The translations under genes and the position numbers were made by a program. Below, piece by piece: positions 55,623-64,000 of a DNA stretch of 64,000 bases; position 1 is the first letter of the stretch; each line of letters opens with the position of its first letter. The notes beneath the pieces were generated by a model. The model saw only the letters and a program-made list of their open reading frames with translations. It did not search any database and was not told where the DNA came from. The stretch covers positions 20,209 through 84,208 of the forward strand of contig MPMJ01000009.1 in assembly GCA_002238425.1 (NCBI GenBank). The letters are read 5' to 3'. Source of the DNA: SAR202 cluster bacterium bin16 (lineage in GTDB: Bacteria > Chloroflexota > Dehalococcoidia > Lucifugimonadales > Australimonadaceae).

Positions 55623-56393
55623 TCACGCGCCGGGGCTCGGCCCCGGAAAGACCCACCGCGACAGCGCCGGTTCGGCCTCCGAACAGGGCTGCATGAGCAG
55701 ATCCCGCCGGACGTGGCTGCGCCCGCCCGCAGGTTCGCCGCCGCCTCCCGCCACCGCCAGACACATGCCGTCGCCATCCAGCCGGAGCGTCCCATCTCTT
55801 CCGTACGCGAACCGCTGCCGCGGCGACTCCGAGCACGCCCGCACGTAGAGGCTGGTCCCGTCCGCCTCGATGCAGCGGTCGTGTTCCACCAGGTAGAGCT
55901 GCCCCTCGGAGGGCCGGTTGAACGCGAACATCTCGTCGTCCGCGCCCGGCTTGCAGGTGTGCGCTTGCAGCGGGCGGTCCAGACCGAGGCTGGCCCCGAA
56001 TCCCGCAACGTCGACGCAGTAGAACTCCGGCTCGTCCAGCGGATCCGCCAGCATCACGAGGGTCTCAGGCGGCGCGGCGCCATCCATGGGCGCCGCTGCG
56101 GTTGGGGCCGGTTCCGGAGTGGACGTAGGCGTGGACGTAGGCGTGGGGTCGGGTACCGGTGTTGCCGTCGGCGCGGGTAAACGGGTGGCGGTAGGCTCCG
56201 ACGCCGGTGCTGATACAACCGTGGGGGTCGGAGTGGGTTTTGACGTCAGCGCAGGTGCAGCCGTAGGAGTCGCGAGGGACTGCAGCGTTGGAGTCGGCGC
56301 AACTGTGGGGGTGAGCTCGGCCGAACATGCGGCAAGCGCTAACACAACTGGGCAGACGAGCAGCGCAGCCAGTATCCACACACGTCTCGACAC
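55623..56393 (-). CDS. lipoprotein with PT linker and a ricin-type beta-trefoil-like C-terminal domain
   Basis: GTG 56393. Signal peptide plus lipobox LAAC. The C-terminus has repeated C...Q.F/W elements (RQRFAY, SRWVF) and paired cysteines. Confidence 0.6.
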   Translation of the reverse strand: MSRRVWILAALLVCPVVLALAACSAELTPTVAPTPTLQSLATPTAAPALTSKPTPTPTVVSAPASEPTATRLPAPTATPVPDPTPTSTPTSTPEPAPTAAAPMDGAAPPETLVMLADPLDEPEFYCVDVAGFGASLGLDRPLQAHTCKPGADDEMFAFNRPSEGQLYLVEHDRCIEADGTSLYVRACSESPRQRFAYGRDGTLRLDGDGMCLAVAGGGGEPAGGRSHVRRDLLMQPCSEAEPALSRWVFPGPSPGA

Positions 56394-56399
56394 GGGAGC

Positions 56400-56405
56400 A
56401 TTATA
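56400..56405 (-). promoter_or_regulatory. TATAAT -10 hexamer 6 nt upstream of the GTG start (possible leaderless transcript)
   Basis: The reverse complement of 56400-56405 is TATAAT. No SD sequence between it and GTG 56393. No convincing -35. Confidence 0.3.
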
Positions 56406-56603
56406 GAAGCGCTAACCCGAGCCGCCATCCTTTCAGGTGGCAGTATGGAATATCCGGCATTGCGCCATGTGATAGCATCCGAAGCACGTATCCGTTCATC
56501 GACAGGGGAGTTCGTTCCGAAAACAGGCAGTGTTGAGAAGACTGGCTGCGCCCGCCGGTCGAGCGTGTCCGTGCAGAGGATAGACGCTACGAGGAGGTCT
56601 CCG

Positions 56604-57870
56604 ATGCGGCTTCTCAGACTCACGACCGTTCTGTCAGTCATATTGGCCACGCTGCTCATGGCCGGAGCGTGCGGTTCCGAAGAACCCACGGCCACACCGA
56701 GACCGGAGCCTACGCCGACACCGGTTCCCGCAGCACCGCAGCCACAGCCGACGCCCACCACAGAGGCGATGATGACTGACGACCCCACGCCGACGCCAAC
56801 GCTCGCGCCGGGTCAGCCGACACCCACTCCCGCTCCTCCTCCGGCAACGCCGACGGCCACGCCCGTCCCACCACCGTCGTTCGATGCCGGCACCTACCTT
56901 GAAGGCAAGACCGTCCGGGTTATCGTCGGCTGGGACCCCGCGACGTCGTCCGACCTGCAGGCGCGGTACATCGCGAGCGAACTGCCCAGGTTCATGGAGG
57001 GCAGCCCTCGGATGATCGTCACGAACAAGCCGGGCGCAAGCTCCATCATCGCCAACAACTTCATGGCGAAGGCGGAGCCGGACGGGCTCATCATCTTCTG
57101 GGGCGTCGGTGGCCAGCCGACCAACCAGCTCACTCGAGCGGACGAGACCGAGTACGAGTTCGACAAGTTCGTGCGCATCGGTACGTTCGAGAACCGACCC
57201 GCCGCCTGGTACATCTCCGGCGACGCTCCGTACAGCCGCATCCAGGACGCCATGGGCGGCACCGAGGAGTTCACGTACGGCACGACCACGTTCAGCGCCA
57301 CCGTCGAACTCATGAAGCAGGCGCTCAACCTGCCCGTCCGCCAGGTGCTCGGCATCCAGGGAGGCACCACCGGATTCCTGCTCGCTTTCGACCGCTCCGA
57401 CGTCGACAGCATGATCAGCGGCAGCGGCTGGTACCGCATCGCCAGCGACCGTCCAGGCTGGTTCACTGACGGCTATATCGAGCCGTTCGCCATAATCGCC
57501 GACCCGACCACGCGGCTCCAGTACAACGGCGAGATCAACCCACCGGACGACCTCGTCAACGTGCGCTCGCTGATGAGCGAGGAGCACGTCCGCGACTTCG
57601 AGATCCTCACGGCCACCGACGGTGCGCTCTACCGCACCGGCTTCCTGCCGCCAGGCACGCCGCACGAGATCCGCAACCTCTTCTCCGACGCTGGTACGGG
57701 CATTCCAGGACGCCGCATTCATAGACGGACTGACCAAGCTCATGGGGAGAGCCCCAGACGAACTGATCCCCGGTCCTGCATTGGATGACATCGCGCAGTC
57801 CTTCAGCGTCGCCGACCTGGACGGCGCCTACAGCAGGTGGGACCCGAACTACGAGTCGCCGCTCAACTAG
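56604..57870 (+). pseudogene. tctC: TctC/Bug-like substrate-binding lipoprotein with a frameshift near 57690
   Basis: ATG 56604 after GAGGAGG. Lipobox MAGAC and a PT linker with EAMMTDDPTPTP. After ...EIRNLFSDA the paralog-like continuation LVRAFQDAAFIDGLTKL... is in the frame of track ORF 57622..57870. Confidence 0.65.
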
Positions 57871-57939
57871 CGCGAGCGGCATCGAAGCGCCTGGACAACG
57901 GGGGCGGGATGAATCCCGCCCCCGTTCACGTTGCGAGAA

Positions 57940-60054
57940 CTACGACAGCCCCAGCCAGCCCAGCACGAAGCGGTCCGGCCAGATGACGTGCAGGAAGCCG
58001 TCCAGCACGACGAATGCGACGAACGCCGCGAAGGCGGCGGGGATCAGCGACCAGAGCCGCCTCTTCCCCTGCCAGGGCAGGTTCAGGTTGATAAACACCA
58101 GAGGATAGAGCACCGCCGCGTACTTGAATCCGATCGTCCCGGCAAGCAGCATGAACACGCCTATCCAGGCGATGATCCGGAGGAGAGCCCGCGCCGCTTG
58201 GAAATCGTTCCCCGTCCGCATGCCGATGTCGAACACCGGCGCGTTGCCACCGCGAGCGCTCAGCAAGGTGGTTGTCGCAATGCCCAGCAAGACGAGCAGG
58301 AACGCCGAACCAGCCCATAGCGGCAAGAGCTTCGCCTCACGTTGGTTGTAACCGATCGCCTCCGGCAACACGACCAGCGCCGTCCAGCCACCGAGCACCA
58401 GCAGCATCGCAAACTCCCACCGCCAATAGCGAGCGAGCGTGCTCCAGATCGTGGAGGGTTGAGCAACCGCTACGCTGCTGTCCAGACCAGCAGGAGCAGA
58501 TGCGGCTTCTCGGACGTCCGTAACCTCAGTACCAAGACCCTGCAAGCCTGCTTCGCCTGCCGCCTCCGAGAATTCGCGGGAAGCACGGCCCATCACCCAC
58601 CACAGGTAGGAGGCGAACAAGACCGCCAACACGAGGATGGTGATGGCATAGGGGCGCGAGAACACATAGGAGAACCCCCCTAGCGAGAGCGACGTAAAGA
58701 CGTTGTGCTCGATGACCGGGCCGAGGATGAAGCCAAGCAGGAACGGCGCCCTCGGCCAGCCGTGCCACTTCATGCTCAGCCCCAGGGCCCCCACCGCGAG
58801 CACCACCATGATGTCGCCCAGGTGGAGCGTGGCCTGGAACGCCCCGAGGAACATGATGGGGAGCATCATCCCCGCCACGAACGTGTACGGCACCTGCGTG
58901 AGCCGGGCGACCTGGGAGCCTATCGCAAGCGCGATCACCATGCTGAGCACGTTCCCTATCCCGATGGCGAGCACCAGACCCATCGTGATGTCGAGGTTCG
59001 TGGTCAGCATCGGGATTCCGGGCGCGACGCCGTAGGAGATGAGCGCCACGAGCATCATCGCCCAGCCCACACCCCCCGGTATCCCGAAGGCCAGCGTGGG
59101 GATGGCCTGCCCCGCTTCCTTCGCGGCCTGCGCCGATTCCGTGAAGAGGACACCGTCCAGGCTGCCCTTGCCGAACTGCGACTTATCCTTTGCGAACAGG
59201 ATGCCGAAGGCGTACGACAGCCACTCCACCACAGCAGACCCGATGCCGGGGACAGCCCCAAGGAACACGCCGAACAGGCTCTGGCGCGGGATGGTCCGCC
59301 AGCGCTTCAGCCCCTCCTTCATGCCGATCCAGATCTCCTTGTTGGAAACCTCTCCCGTCGAGGCGATGGGCCGCCTGCTCGCAGCGAGGTCGATGATCTC
59401 CGGCAACGCGAATATCCCCAGCACGGTGGGGATGAGCGGGAGTCCGTCGATGAGATACGCCGAGTTGAAATTGAACCGGTCTATGGCGGTAAGAGCAGCC
59501 GTCCCGATGGTGGACATGAGCACGCCCAGAATCGCGGCGGCGAACCCGCGCAAGAGGGAGCCTCGCACGACCATGACGACCATCGCGACGCCGAGGAGCG
59601 CCATCGCGGCTATCTCGGCGTAGGAGAACCGCACGATGAGGGGTTTGATGAACGGCAACGCGATGATGAGCGCGATTGCCCCGATGACGCCGCCTATGGC
59701 GGAAACGACGTAGGTCGCGCCGATCACCCGTGCGCCGAACCCGCGCCGCGCCAGCTGGTGCCCCTCCAGGAAGTCAACCGTGGACGACGGGCCGGGGTAG
59801 CCCAGCAGCACCGCCGGAATGATGTCCACCGACTGTCCCAGCGCAATCATGGCCCCGACGAAGATGAGGCCAATCGTGGGGTCAACGCTGAGGATGAGGA
59901 ACGGGAGCAGCAGGGCTATTGTCGTCGTGCCGCCTACTCCGGGTATCAGGCCAATCGGGCCTGCTATGAGCATGGCAAGGAGCAGCGCGCCCCAGAACCC
60001 AGGGCTGATCAGCAGATCGCCAACGATTGGGACGGAGTCGGCAAGGATTTCCAA
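57940..60054 (-). CDS. tctA: fused TctA-TctB TTT permease
   Basis: 704 aa. The first ~500 aa are TctA-like (GYPGPSSTVDFLEGHQLARRGFGARVIG). The last ~190 aa align by eye with TctB-like 19068..19709. Confidence 0.85.
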   Translation of the reverse strand: MEILADSVPIVGDLLISPGFWGALLLAMLIAGPIGLIPGVGGTTTIALLLPFLILSVDPTIGLIFVGAMIALGQSVDIIPAVLLGYPGPSSTVDFLEGHQLARRGFGARVIGATYVVSAIGGVIGAIALIIALPFIKPLIVRFSYAEIAAMALLGVAMVVMVVRGSLLRGFAAAILGVLMSTIGTAALTAIDRFNFNSAYLIDGLPLIPTVLGIFALPEIIDLAASRRPIASTGEVSNKEIWIGMKEGLKRWRTIPRQSLFGVFLGAVPGIGSAVVEWLSYAFGILFAKDKSQFGKGSLDGVLFTESAQAAKEAGQAIPTLAFGIPGGVGWAMMLVALISYGVAPGIPMLTTNLDITMGLVLAIGIGNVLSMVIALAIGSQVARLTQVPYTFVAGMMLPIMFLGAFQATLHLGDIMVVLAVGALGLSMKWHGWPRAPFLLGFILGPVIEHNVFTSLSLGGFSYVFSRPYAITILVLAVLFASYLWWVMGRASREFSEAAGEAGLQGLGTEVTDVREAASAPAGLDSSVAVAQPSTIWSTLARYWRWEFAMLLVLGGWTALVVLPEAIGYNQREAKLLPLWAGSAFLLVLLGIATTTLLSARGGNAPVFDIGMRTGNDFQAARALLRIIAWIGVFMLLAGTIGFKYAAVLYPLVFINLNLPWQGKRRLWSLIPAAFAAFVAFVVLDGFLHVIWPDRFVLGWLGLS

Positions 60055-60131
60055 GAATCGCCCTCCCGTGCCTCAACCTGAAAGAGGGCCGCGCCGTCGA
60101 TCCCGGCGCGGCCCACTCATCCGCGTGCCGA

Positions 60132-60674
60132 TCAGAAGAAGTTGGTCAGGTTCTTGGAGAGCAGTACGTTCTGGTCGAGATATATCTCCCGACGCGATAT
60201 CTTCCATTCACCGTCCACCCTGCGCAGGGTGTCTATCCTGTTCCCTATCCAGGTGTTGTCCTCGTCCTCCAGGCGGTTGCGGTGCACGAGGAACCGGGAC
60301 TTCACTCGTATCTCGCCGGCGCCGACCTTGTCGGAGCCGGAGTCCAGCAGGCGGACGTTCGAGACGAAGTGGGTAACGCGAGAGAGCGGCTCTTCCGCCC
60401 AATGCACGCCCGTGCGGATCTGCGCTACGCGTTTCTCGAGCGTGTCCTTGCCTTCGTCGAACCAGGACATCTCGACCGCCTCGCGCGTCAGTTCCTTATC
60501 CATCTCTTTGGACGAGACGTTCCGCTTCATGGGTGCGTGGTAGCGGACATCGTGCGTCAACAGGTCCAGCCATTCCTCGTAGCGATGCTCGTCCAGCAGG
60601 TCGGCCTCCATGTAGAGGAAGTCCTCGATCTCCAGCCGCAGCATCAGTTCCTCGTGTGACAGCAGGTCAGCCAC
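60132..60674 (-). CDS. aromatic-ring-hydroxylating dioxygenase beta subunit
   Basis: 180 aa. EDFLYMEADLLDEHRYEEWLDLLTHDVRYHAP is the canonical beta-subunit pattern. Confidence 0.9.
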   Translation of the reverse strand: MADLLSHEELMLRLEIEDFLYMEADLLDEHRYEEWLDLLTHDVRYHAPMKRNVSSKEMDKELTREAVEMSWFDEGKDTLEKRVAQIRTGVHWAEEPLSRVTHFVSNVRLLDSGSDKVGAGEIRVKSRFLVHRNRLEDEDNTWIGNRIDTLRRVDGEWKISRREIYLDQNVLLSKNLTNFF

Positions 60675-60683
60675 TGCGTCCTC

Positions 60684-62069
60684 CTACCTTCCGTTTCCGT
60701 TCTTCATCCAGTCATCCTTCGCAGCGGCGGCCTTGGTAGGAGCCATCTCGCCCCAGTCCTTCGCCTGCATCACCTCGGCCCAGCGCTGGTAGTAGCGACG
60801 GTGGTTCTCGTCGCTGTAGTTGTGCGCGAACAGGCCGGGCATGCCGAACTCCGTCGGCCCGTGGAGGGGTGGCTCGGAGAGCCGCATCTGGTAGTTGAGG
60901 TCCAGCTTCTGCGCGACCGGCCCCTTGCTCGCGATGGTGAGCGCGTACCAGTTCTCCATGTCGTCCTGCTGCGTGACGCCGCCCGGGCCGTAGTAGAGCT
61001 CGTAGTAGTTGGCAAGCTCGGTCTTCACCTCCTGTGGAGCGTCCTTGTCCACGAAGAAGTACGTCCATATCTCGGTCATCGCGGGGCCCTGCGGGTGCAT
61101 GATGCGGACGACGCGCCCGAGCCAGCCCTCGTTGGGGAAAATCGCCGGGCCGACGGAGAGGTGCGCCATCAGGCCCAGGCGCTTCTTGCGCTCCTCGAAC
61201 TTCTCGCGCAGGTACTCGCGGACAGCGGGCCGCTCATTCCACGTGCCGGACTCCTCCCAGCCGGGGTCGCCCTCCTCCGGAATCGTCACGCCCATCGTGT
61301 GGCCCTCCGGGAACGAGACGGTGTAGCGGCTCCGTGTCTGCCCGACGGAGATCGAGCGGTCCTCCCGCGGGCGCACCGGGTTGCCGGTCGCCCCGACGCC
61401 CAGCGCAAGAGCGGTCGAGCGGTGCGTTATCCAACCGTGCGTGGTGTCGGTGTCCGGGCAGGGCACCTTCCAGTTGCACCCAAGCCGCCACTTGACGACG
61501 CCGCCAAGCACCTCCGCGCCGTTGTCCGAACCGTCCGTGTGCATCAGTCCGGTGGCAAGGTAGAAATCTGACCCGCCGAGATACTCGTGGAAGCTGGGCG
61601 CTGACTTGTCCCACGTGGCCCAGATGGAGCCGTGGAAGACCTCCACGCGCGCCTGCAGCAACCCCCATTGCGACTTGTCCATGAGGTCATAGCCGTTCTC
61701 GTGGTACGGCAACGCGACCAGCGCACCGGTGGCGTCGTACGTCCAGCCGTGGAACGAGCAGACGTGGGTGAATGAGTTGCCCTGGTCGTAGCGGCAGACA
61801 CGGTTGCCCCGGTGCCTGCAGGAGTTCAGGAATACGTGCACCTTCTCGTCGCGCCCACGGCTGACGATGACCGCCTCTTCTCCCATCCGCCCGAGGATGT
61901 AGTCCCCGGCATTCGGTATCTGCGATTCGTGGCCGACGAACAGCCACGAACGATTGAATACCTGCTCCATCTCCTGGTCGTAGAGATCTTGATTCCAGAA
62001 GATCTCCCTGCTGACGGTGCCGCTCTCGGAGTCAACGAGCCTCTTCATCTCTGACGTAAGCTGGACCAT
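60684..62069 (-). CDS. aromatic-ring-hydroxylating dioxygenase alpha subunit (alpha/beta type)
   Basis: Trimmed to ATG 62069 after AGGAGGAG. VFNRSWLFVGHESQIP. CRHRGNRVCRYDQGNSFTHVCSFHGW. Confidence 0.9.
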   Translation of the reverse strand: MVQLTSEMKRLVDSESGTVSREIFWNQDLYDQEMEQVFNRSWLFVGHESQIPNAGDYILGRMGEEAVIVSRGRDEKVHVFLNSCRHRGNRVCRYDQGNSFTHVCSFHGWTYDATGALVALPYHENGYDLMDKSQWGLLQARVEVFHGSIWATWDKSAPSFHEYLGGSDFYLATGLMHTDGSDNGAEVLGGVVKWRLGCNWKVPCPDTDTTHGWITHRSTALALGVGATGNPVRPREDRSISVGQTRSRYTVSFPEGHTMGVTIPEEGDPGWEESGTWNERPAVREYLREKFEERKKRLGLMAHLSVGPAIFPNEGWLGRVVRIMHPQGPAMTEIWTYFFVDKDAPQEVKTELANYYELYYGPGGVTQQDDMENWYALTIASKGPVAQKLDLNYQMRLSEPPLHGPTEFGMPGLFAHNYSDENHRRYYQRWAEVMQAKDWGEMAPTKAAAAKDDWMKNGNGR

Positions 62070-62252
62070 GATCTCCTCCTGGTATACCCGCGACTCAAAT
62101 CTGGCGCTATTCAATCACATGGCCAGCGAAATTGGAAAGAAGCGCAGCCACTGGCAGCCCCGTGGTGTACGGATTTCGTTGCCGCCGGCGGCCACCGCTC
62201 TGCCGGACGAGTGGAAGCGGCTGCTAGAATGGCTGCCGGAGAAGCTGTACGA

Positions 62253-62576
62253 ATGTTGACCGAGTTCACCAAGCTCGCAGAGGTAGGAGACCTTGCTCCC
62301 GGCCAGATGCGCACGGTCAAGGCGGGCGCCGAGTACGTCCTTCTGGCGCGCCTCGGCGACGAGTATTTCGCGCTCGACGGGTTCTGCTCGCATGCTGACG
62401 GCTTCCTGGCGGACGGGTACCTGCACGAGGACTACTGCGAGGTTGAGTGTCCCATCCATGAAGGCGCCTTCGACCTGCGCTCCGGAGCGGTGACGAACCC
62501 GCCCGCAGAGGTACCCGTCGTTGCGTACGAGATTCGCATCGAGGGCGGCGACATCCTGGCCGGGCCGCGCGCCTAG
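62253..62576 (+). CDS. Rieske-type [2Fe-2S] ferredoxin component
   Basis: CSHADGFL...CPIHEG motif. About 107 aa from ATG 62253; upstream ATGs at 62211 and 62229 are possible. Divergent from the alpha/beta genes. Confidence 0.8.
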   Translation: MLTEFTKLAEVGDLAPGQMRTVKAGAEYVLLARLGDEYFALDGFCSHADGFLADGYLHEDYCEVECPIHEGAFDLRSGAVTNPPAEVPVVAYEIRIEGGDILAGPRA

Positions 62577-63475
62577 CCCTCTTTCGCGACCGCGCCCATG
62601 ACCCGCTCGCGGATCAGCGCGTGCAGGTCGTCGTCCAGAGGCCCCGCCTCCGCCGCGGCGATGTTCGCTTTCAGGTGGTCCAGATCCTTGGTGCCGTTTA
62701 TGAACGTGTGCGCTGAGGGGTGCGCGAGGGAGTATCGGAACATCGTCGAGACGAGGTCCATTCCTTTGAGCACATCTTCGAGCCCGGACTCCACCCAGCG
62801 TCTGCGCACGATGGGGAACTCCCCTCCCCGTCCCTGCTCGCGCAGCGGAGCGCCTTTGACCGACCCGCCCCTGATGATGGTGCCGGCCCCTGCTGCCTCA
62901 GCCGCAGTGATGGTCTCCTCGTGCTCCGGTTCCAATGCCGAGTAGACGATCTGGAACGCGTCGAACACGCCCCATTCCACGAATGTCGCGATGTCCGGCA
63001 GGACCGCGGAGACACCGATGAAGCGTGCCTTACCCGACGAACGTACCTCCTCCAGCGCGGCGACGCAGTTGTGCGCCTCGATGTCTTCGATCCTCGGCCC
63101 GTGCAGTTGCAGGAGGTCAACGTGATCTGTCTTCAGGCGGGCGAAGCTCTCGTCCATGGTGCGCAGGATGTCCTTACGCGACCACTCGGACTCGGCGTGG
63201 GGTACGCCGGTCTGCGGACGCCCGCACTTCGTCGCGAGGTAGTACTCGTCGCGCCGGTGCGAGATGAAACGGCCGATGAACTCCTCGCTTCTTCCGTAGC
63301 CGGGTGCGGTGTCGATGAAGTTGATGCCGGAATCCAGCACAGCGTTCAGCACGACACCCGCGTGCTCCTCGCTCGGCAGACGCCCTCCGTTCTCCACGGT
63401 GTCGCGCATCTCGAGCGCGCCGAAACCGAGCTTCGTGACCTCCAGGCCCGTCCGTCCGAGCACGACCTTCTGCAT
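62573..63475 (-). CDS. aldo/keto reductase
   Basis: LGRTGLEVTKLGFGA...GINFIDTAPGYGRSEE is the AKR N-terminal signature. Confidence 0.9.
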   Translation of the reverse strand: MQKVVLGRTGLEVTKLGFGALEMRDTVENGGRLPSEEHAGVVLNAVLDSGINFIDTAPGYGRSEEFIGRFISHRRDEYYLATKCGRPQTGVPHAESEWSRKDILRTMDESFARLKTDHVDLLQLHGPRIEDIEAHNCVAALEEVRSSGKARFIGVSAVLPDIATFVEWGVFDAFQIVYSALEPEHEETITAAEAAGAGTIIRGGSVKGAPLREQGRGGEFPIVRRRWVESGLEDVLKGMDLVSTMFRYSLAHPSAHTFINGTKDLDHLKANIAAAEAGPLDDDLHALIRERVMGAVAKEG

Positions 63476-63498
63476 GGGCTCACTCCCCTATCCCCTGG

Positions 63499-63533
63499 TT
63501 CACCCTGACCTCTTCCATCGAGGGAGAGAGGCC
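63499..63533. repeat. REP family 2 element (TCACCCTGACCTCTTCC...GGGAGAGAGG) between convergent genes
   Basis: Related to 8236..8277. Imperfect hairpin. Confidence 0.45.
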
Positions 63534-63544
63534 AGACGGCCACA

Positions 63545-64000
63545 TTAGATGCCGTAGAAGCGGCGCGGGTTGTCGTCGATGATCTTGCGCGCCACGCCTT
63601 CGGGAATCTCCCCTTCCGCTTCGCGGCGTTCGATGACGTCGAGCGCGTGCAGTTCGGCGGACTGGTCAGCGTGGGTGTAGTCCGTTCCGATCATCAGGCT
63701 GTCCTCGGTGCCGAACGACAGGATGTACGGAAGGTCGTCGGTGGTGTCGCACGCCACGTAGAAGCGGCAGTTGCGGAAGAGGTCCGAGCGATAGTCGAAC
63801 GGGTGGAACGTCAGTTTCTGTGCCTTGGCTATGAGGTCTGCCATGAGGAAGGGCACCCACGACGCGCCGGTCTCTATCCAGCCGACCCGCAGTTCCGGGA
63901 ACCTGTCGGGAACGTCGCTCATGGCGAGGTCGGTGAATGCGGCGATGGCGTTGAAGCGCCCTCCGATGTCAGCGCCGGAGGTCGGCGGATTGCCCGTGCC
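63545..64000 (-). CDS. amidohydrolase_2 family protein (C-terminal part; 5' end beyond window)
   Basis: The frame stays open to base 64000 (GTGNPPTSGADIGGRF...). WIETGASWVPF and GTDYTHADQ motifs. Confidence 0.8.
   Translation of the reverse strand, partial: GTGNPPTSGADIGGRFNAIAAFTDLAMSDVPDRFPELRVGWIETGASWVPFLMADLIAKAQKLTFHPFDYRSDLFRNCRFYVACDTTDDLPYILSFGTEDSLMIGTDYTHADQSAELHALDVIERREAEGEIPEGVARKIIDDNPRRFYGI

Overview
High-GC, very gene-dense bacterial chromosomal segment; hand counts of typical 60-nt lines give about two-thirds G+C. I can support about 68 protein-coding genes and found no rRNA, tRNA or CRISPR array. A catabolic supercluster dominates. It has 7 Rieske non-heme-iron oxygenase alpha subunits: 5 single-polypeptide phthalate/KshA-type (3123, 8285, 19815, 37941, 39366) and 2 alpha/beta-type (46114, 60684). 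It also has 7 amidohydrolase_2 (ACMSD/LigW-like) genes, 3 dienelactone hydrolases, 3 SDRs, a gentisate-1,2-dioxygenase plus FAH pair, an acyl-CoA dehydrogenase plus family III CoA-transferase, an LLM flavin oxidoreductase, two tripartite tricarboxylate (TTT) uptake systems and two MFS transporters. Only one ferredoxin, no oxygenase reductase and no classical catabolic regulator is visible. Housekeeping-like genes include recQ, a YhhQ-type queuosine-precursor transporter, a CFA-synthase-like methyltransferase and a LOG-family protein. Selfish or mobile content comprises two PIN-toxin TA loci, an orphan RHH protein and a REP-associated tyrosine transposase (RAYT) with 24-nt GTCATTCC...GGAATC REP elements. 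There is also a roughly 1.2 kb low-GC single-gene island encoding a CoiA-like nuclease with several zinc ribbons. A diverged two-gene HTH cassette occurs twice in inverted orientation (5646-6798 and 51314-52218), each copy preceded by the same GTCACA-TT-TGTGAC inverted repeat. Two genes look frameshifted: one at a C14 tract (52682-52695) and a TctC-like gene near 57690. Secreted proteins are lipoproteins with long Pro/Thr linkers. Together with the paralog pattern this suggests, by inference only, a Chloroflexota (SAR202-like) organism. Most long track ORFs lying antisense to these genes are GC-driven shadow ORFs.
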